In this document: positions 47,712 to 52,925 of the stretch, piece after piece
Layout of the letters: each line of letters starts with the position of its first letter
Numbering within the stretch: position 1 is the first letter of the stretch
Assembly (NCBI GenBank): GCA_963729895.1
Contig: CAVSQB010000029.1
Span: 1-52,925, forward strand
Origin: an uncultured Fibrobacterota bacterium
Lineage (GTDB): Bacteria > Fibrobacterota > Chitinivibrionia > Chitinivibrionales > FEN-1185
Direction of reading: 5' to 3'
DNA: 52,925 nt
Program-made: the position numbers and the translations under genes
The notes under the pieces: model-generated
Told to the model about the DNA's origin: nothing
Seen by the model: the letters and a program-made list of their open reading frames with translations, nothing else
The model's database searches: none

Positions 47712-50510
47712 ATGACCTCCGAATCCCAAACCCGTAAAGACCTCATTGACAAAAAGCTCCTTGCTGCCGGCTGGGACGTAAACAATCTTAGCCAGGTGTC
47801 CCAGGAGTTCGATATTGTGGTGCCCTTGCCCGATGGCGTTGCCGAGCCGCGAACGCCGTATGAGGGACATCAGTTCAGCGACTACGTTCTCTTTGGCAGA
47901 GATGCAAAGCCGCTGGCGGTTGTTGAGGCAAAGAAGACCTCCAAAGACGCCGAGATAGGGAGGGAGCAGGCAAAGCAGTATTGCCATAACATCCGGAAGC
48001 AGTACGGCTGCGCGCTGCCTTTCTGCTTCTACACAAACGGTCTTGAGATTCACTTCTGGGATTTGGATAATTACCCGCCGCGAAAAGTGGTGGGGTTTCC
48101 AACGCGGGACGACCTGGAGCGGTTTCAGTATATTCGTGAAAACAGGAAACGGCTCGCCGACGAACTTATCAACACGAAAATCGCCGGAAGGGACTACCAG
48201 ATCCGCGCCATTCGCGCGGTGATGGAAGGGATCGAAAAGAAACAGCGCAATTTCCTCCTCGTTATGGCAACCGGAACCGGAAAAACAAGAACCTGCATTG
48301 CCCTTGTCGACGCGCTCATGCGCGCAGGCCACGTGGAGCGGATCCTTTTCCTGGTGGACAGGATTGCGTTGCGCGAACAGGCATTGGATGCTTTCAAGGA
48401 GCACTTGCCCAACGAGCCGCGTTGGCCCAGGCAGGGGGACGTCGAAATCGCCAAGGACAGGCGCATCTACGTTTCCACCTATCCCACGATGCTGAATATC
48501 ATTCGTGATGAAGGCGGCAACCTTTCGCCCCACTTCTTTGATCTCGTTGTGATAGACGAGAGCCACCGGTCCATTTACAACACATACGGAGAGGTGCTCG
48601 ATTATTTCAAGGCGATAAGCATCGGGCTTACTGCCACGCCGACAGACGTCATAGACCACAACACATTCAAGCTGTTCAATTGCGACGACGGCGTACCCAC
48701 TTTTGCGTATACGTACGAGGAAGCAGTGGCCAACGTTCCGCCGTATTTGTGCAACTTTGTGGTGACCAAGATCCATACAAAGTTCCAGGCCGAAGGCATC
48801 AGCAAACGAACGATTTCCCTGGAAGACCAGAAGAAATTGATCCTCGAAGGCAAGGATGTTGAGGAAATCAATTTTGAGGGCACGGAGATCGAAAAGACGG
48901 TCATCAACAAGGGCACAAACGCTCTCATCGTGAGAGAGTACATGGAAGAGTGCATCAAGGATTCAAACGGCGTTCTTCCGGGCAAAACGATATTCTTCTG
49001 TTCTTCCATGTCGCATGCGCGAAGGCTTGAGCAGATCTTCGACACTCTCTACCCGGAGTATCGCGGCGAGCTTGCCAAGGTCCTGGTTTCCGACGATCCG
49101 CGCGTGTACGGGAAAGGCGGGCTGCTTAACCAGTTTTCCAAAAACGACATGCCGCGCATAGCCTTGAGCGTGGACATGCTCGACACAGGCATTGATATCA
49201 GGGAAATAGTGAATTTGGTCTTTGCCAAGCCGGTGTATTCCTACACAAAGTTCTGGCAGATGATCGGCAGGGGCACGCGCCTTTTGGAAGCGCACAAGAT
49301 AAAGCCCTGGTGCCCTGCAAAAGACAAGTTCCTTATTCTGGATTGCTGGGACAACTTTGAATATTTCAAGCTCAATCCAAGGGGCAAGGAACCTGCAACA
49401 CAAATTCCGCTTCCGGTGCGGTTTGTGGGCATCAGGCTCGATAAGATCGAAAAGGCAATCGACTTGAACAAAGAGGCCATTGCCCAAAAGGAAATTGCCC
49501 GGCTTCGCAAACAGATTTCGGAACTCCCGAAGAATTCGGTGACAATCCACGACGCGGCAACTGACCTTCGCAAGATTGGGGACGATAACTTCTGGACGAA
49601 GCTGACGCACGAAAAAATCGAATTTATGCGCACGAGCATCAAGCCGCTTTTCAGGACCGTTTCCCAGACCGATTTCAAGGCCATGCGGTTTGAAAAGGAT
49701 TTGCTCGAAGCGTCTCTGGCAAAGCTTGCAGATGAAAAAGACAAGTTCGAGACGCTCAAGGACAACATCGTTGAGATTATAGGCGAACTCCCGCTGTCGG
49801 TAAACATCGTTGCCAGGGAAGAAACAACGATCAAGGCGGCCCAGACAAATCACTTTTGGGCCACGGCAACCGACGAGACGTTCGACGAGCTTGCAGCGAA
49901 ACTGTCGCCGCTCATGAAGTACCGGGATTCCGTCGACACGCCCCTTGGACCCGCAAAGTTCGATTTTGCCGATGTGGTAAAAACAAAGGAGACGGTGGAG
50001 TTTGGTCCGGAACATTCGGCGGTGAGCGTTTCAAAGTACCGGGAAATGGTGGAGAAGCTTGTGATGGAATTGACGGAAAGCAATCCGATATTGCGGAAGA
50101 TAAAAGAGGGCAGGCAAGTATCGGAAAAAGAGATACATGAGCTTGCCGAACTGCTGAACAACGAACACCCGCACGTTACCGAAGACCTGCTCAAGACCGT
50201 TTACAGGAACCGGAAGGCAAAGTTCATCCAGTTTATCAAACACATATTGGGCATCGAAAAACTGGAAAGCTTTCCGGACACGGTGAGCAAGGCGTTTGTA
50301 CAATTCATCCACGACCACACGAACCTCAGCTCGCGGCAACTGGACTTTCTGAATCTGCTCAAGGATTTTGTTCTGCAGAAGGAGAAAGTGGAAAAACGCG
50401 ATCTGATAGAATCGCCTTTTACGGTATTGCATCCCGAAGGCATTCGCGGCCTGTTTACTCCGCGCGAAATCAACGAAATTCTGGAATTAACAAGAAAGTT
50501 GGCTGCCTAA
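47712..50510 (+). CDS. hsdR: Type I restriction enzyme R subunit (EcoEI-like)
   Basis: Motifs DYVL...VVEAKK, MATGTGKT, DESHRS, LTATP and QMIGRGTR. Confidence 0.95.
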   Translation: MTSESQTRKDLIDKKLLAAGWDVNNLSQVSQEFDIVVPLPDGVAEPRTPYEGHQFSDYVLFGRDAKPLAVVEAKKTSKDAEIGREQAKQYCHNIRKQYGCALPFCFYTNGLEIHFWDLDNYPPRKVVGFPTRDDLERFQYIRENRKRLADELINTKIAGRDYQIRAIRAVMEGIEKKQRNFLLVMATGTGKTRTCIALVDALMRAGHVERILFLVDRIALREQALDAFKEHLPNEPRWPRQGDVEIAKDRRIYVSTYPTMLNIIRDEGGNLSPHFFDLVVIDESHRSIYNTYGEVLDYFKAISIGLTATPTDVIDHNTFKLFNCDDGVPTFAYTYEEAVANVPPYLCNFVVTKIHTKFQAEGISKRTISLEDQKKLILEGKDVEEINFEGTEIEKTVINKGTNALIVREYMEECIKDSNGVLPGKTIFFCSSMSHARRLEQIFDTLYPEYRGELAKVLVSDDPRVYGKGGLLNQFSKNDMPRIALSVDMLDTGIDIREIVNLVFAKPVYSYTKFWQMIGRGTRLLEAHKIKPWCPAKDKFLILDCWDNFEYFKLNPRGKEPATQIPLPVRFVGIRLDKIEKAIDLNKEAIAQKEIARLRKQISELPKNSVTIHDAATDLRKIGDDNFWTKLTHEKIEFMRTSIKPLFRTVSQTDFKAMRFEKDLLEASLAKLADEKDKFETLKDNIVEIIGELPLSVNIVAREETTIKAAQTNHFWATATDETFDELAAKLSPLMKYRDSVDTPLGPAKFDFADVVKTKETVEFGPEHSAVSVSKYREMVEKLVMELTESNPILRKIKEGRQVSEKEIHELAELLNNEHPHVTEDLLKTVYRNRKAKFIQFIKHILGIEKLESFPDTVSKAFVQFIHDHTNLSSRQLDFLNLLKDFVLQKEKVEKRDLIESPFTVLHPEGIRGLFTPREINEILELTRKLAA

Positions 50511-50513
50511 TTC

Positions 50514-51539
50514 ATGTTGCAAAACAACTCCGCGCTCAAAAGCAAAATCGACAAGCTCTGGGACAAGTTCTGGAGCGGCGGCATTGCCAACCCGCTCACC
50601 GCAATCGAGCAGATAACCTATCTGCTCTTTATGAAGCGGCTCGACGACCTCGACCTGAAGCGGACATCGGACGCCGAATTCACCGGCGAGAAGTACGTCT
50701 CCAGGTTCAGCGGCACGTTTACCGTACCGGGAACAAACCAGAAAGTGGACAAGAAGACCCTTCGCTGGAGCCGGTTCAAGCGGATGCAGGCGGAAGAAAT
50801 GCTTTCGCATGTGCAAACGAAAGTGTTTCCGTTCCTCAAAACGCTCAACGGCAACGAATCGCCGTTCAGCCATCACATGTCGAACGCGGTCTTTATTATT
50901 CCCAAGCCTTCGCTGCTTGTCGAGGCGATGTCCACCATCGAGGAGATATTCGCGGAGATCGAAAAAGATTCGAAGACCGGCGGGCACGCGTTCCAGGACA
51001 TTCAGGGCGACGTGTACGAAATGCTGCTCTCCGAAATAGCCACGGCAGGCAAGAACGGGCAATTCAGGACCCCGCGCCATATCATCAAGCTTATTACCGA
51101 GCTGGTTGATCCGCAGCTTGGAAACCATATTTGCGACCCTGCGTGCGGCACAGGCGGGTTTTTGCTCGGCGCATACCAGTACATCGTGACGCAGCTCGAC
51201 AAAGACAAGAAGAAGCCCAGGCCCGACGAAGACGGGTTTGTCCGCAGCTCGGTAAGCAGCCGCCTCAACAAGAAGGTGAGCGACATCCTCAACGCGGGCC
51301 TCAACGGCTACGATTTCGACGTCACCATGGTGCGCCTGGGCCTCATGAACCTCATGATGCACGGCGTGGACACGCCGCACGTGGACTACAAAGATACCCT
51401 GAGCAAAACATTTGTCGAGCAGAACAAGTACCAGATTGTAATGGCCAACCCGCCGTTTACGGGCAGCATAGACAAAGGCGACATCAACGAATCGCTCAAG
51501 CTGGGGACCACAAAGACGGAACTGCTCTTTGTGGAGTGA
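50514..51539 (+). pseudogene. hsdM: Type I methyltransferase M subunit, truncated by IS3
   Basis: Motifs GQFRTPRH, DPACGTGGFL and NPPF. The stop codon TGA is the first triplet of the IS3 left end. Confidence 0.9.
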
Positions 51540-52889
51540 GATGGTCCGGGATTTTTGAACAGGAAATAATGGTTTCTTAGTTGGATTCCGAGGGTATTTT
51601 TTCATTATCAAAGGAGTCCAACATGAACCGGAAGCAGCAAGCGAAGGCCGCCGCGATGTCCCCGAACAGCGATGGCAACCCCGCCAAGCGGACCCGCCGC
51701 AAGATCGACGACGCTCTGAAGACGAAGGTGGTTCTGGAAGCCTTGAAGGAGGCCGAACCGCTGTCCGTTTTGGCAAGTCGGTACGAAGTCCATCCCAACC
51801 AGATAGCTCAGTGGCGCAGGCAGTTTCTTGGCAACGCGCAGATGGCTTTTTCGGGAGACAAGAACGCCGAGCAAGAGCTTGAGCGCGTTCGCGGTGATCG
51901 CGATGAGTATGCACGCAAGGTCGGGGAGCTGACCATGGATGTCGAGTTCCTAAAAAAAAACTTGCGGAAGCTGGGCATGCTATGAGAGCAAAGATGGCCG
52001 ATTCTACAAGCGAGGACTTGACTTTGAAGAGGCAGTGTTCGCTGCTTTCCATTTGTCGGACCTCGATTTACTATACGCCGCAGACTAGTCCGATGAACAA
52101 GTTGCTCATGGATCGTATCGATGAGCTATTCACCGATGACCCCACGCGGGGCACCAGAAGGCTCCGGGCGGCCATGAGGCGTCAGTTTGGGCTGGAGGTT
52201 GGGCGCAGCAAGATTCGCAGGCTGATGGCCCGTATGGGCCTCCACGCGATCTACCGGGCCCTGAACACCTCGAAGCCCAATAAGGCACACAAGAAGTACC
52301 CGTATCTGCTTCGTGGCGTAGTGGTCAACCACCCCAACCAGGTGTGGAGCACCGATATCACCTACATCCGCCTCAACGGCGGCTTCGCTTACCTCTGCGC
52401 CGTTATCGACTGGTACAGTCGGTGCGTCCTTGCATGGCGTCTGTCGACCTCGCTGGACAGCGGCTTCTGCATCGAAGTTCTCAAGGAGGCACTGGCGAAG
52501 TACGGAGAACCGGAAATCTTCAACTCGGATCAGGGATGTCAGTTCACCAGCGAGGAGTTCACCTCGGTGCTCCTTGAACGCGGTATCTGGATCAGCATGG
52601 ACGGACGAGGGCGGGCGCTGGATAACGTGTTTGTCGAGAGGCTGTGGCGAACGGTCAAGTACGACGACATCTACATACGGGGGTACAGCTCCGTTGCCGA
52701 GTGCCGCACCGGCCTTGCGGAGTTCTTTGAACGGTACAACAACCGGAGGGAGCACTCGTCCCTCCTTTACAACTATCCAATGGAAGTGTATATTGGTGAG
52801 GTAGTGCTATCAAAGGCAGCTTGACGAGCAAGACAGGCAAGGCCAACTAAGCAATCAGAAATTCCTGTCAAGAAAAGTCGACCATCTCA
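51537..52889 (+). mobile_element. IS3-family insertion sequence
   Basis: TGAGATGGTC...ACAGGAA and TTCCTGT...GACCATCTCA imperfect IRs with TG...CA ends. No target duplication. Confidence 0.92.
51623..52824 (+). CDS. IS3 transposase OrfA (51623-51985) and OrfB (51982-52824), -1 frameshift
   Basis: OrfA HTH, A9C slippery site at 51952-51961, and WSTDITY, NSDQG and ERLWRTVKY DDE motifs. Confidence 0.93.
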
Positions 52890-52925
52890 CATAGGCAGCA
52901 CAATATCCAGGTTGCGCATTAAGAA

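Noticed and set aside
47358..52052. Long minus-strand ORFs (472, 350 and 521 aa)
   Set aside because: Antisense shadows of hsdR, hsdM and IS3. One runs across the IS junction.

Overview
Bacterial window, probably Fibrobacterota/Chitinivibrionia-like (inferred from many secreted proteins ending in a T9SS type-A-like C-terminal domain and two GH64 glucanases). From left to right it holds: (1) the distal end of an integron cassette array, with two clear attC sites, one decayed attC, no integrase in the window, and cassettes that are all toxin-antitoxin pairs, one split from its promoter by an IS4 element; (2) secreted glycan-active and surface proteins interleaved with further TA modules; (3) housekeeping genes (cluster-less mutY-like, pap/PPK2, tRNA-Leu, mutL, mtaB, ftsY); (4) a defence block (HTH-ImmA/IrrE peptidase, DUF4411 PIN-like protein, type I hsdR, and hsdM truncated by IS3). 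Five IS elements have definable ends (IS4, IS630, two IS5, IS3). The largest unexplained structure is a family of nine 350-800 bp intergenic mosaic elements built from a shared set of palindromic modules in different combinations. All family assignments come from motif recognition by eye; no database searches were run.
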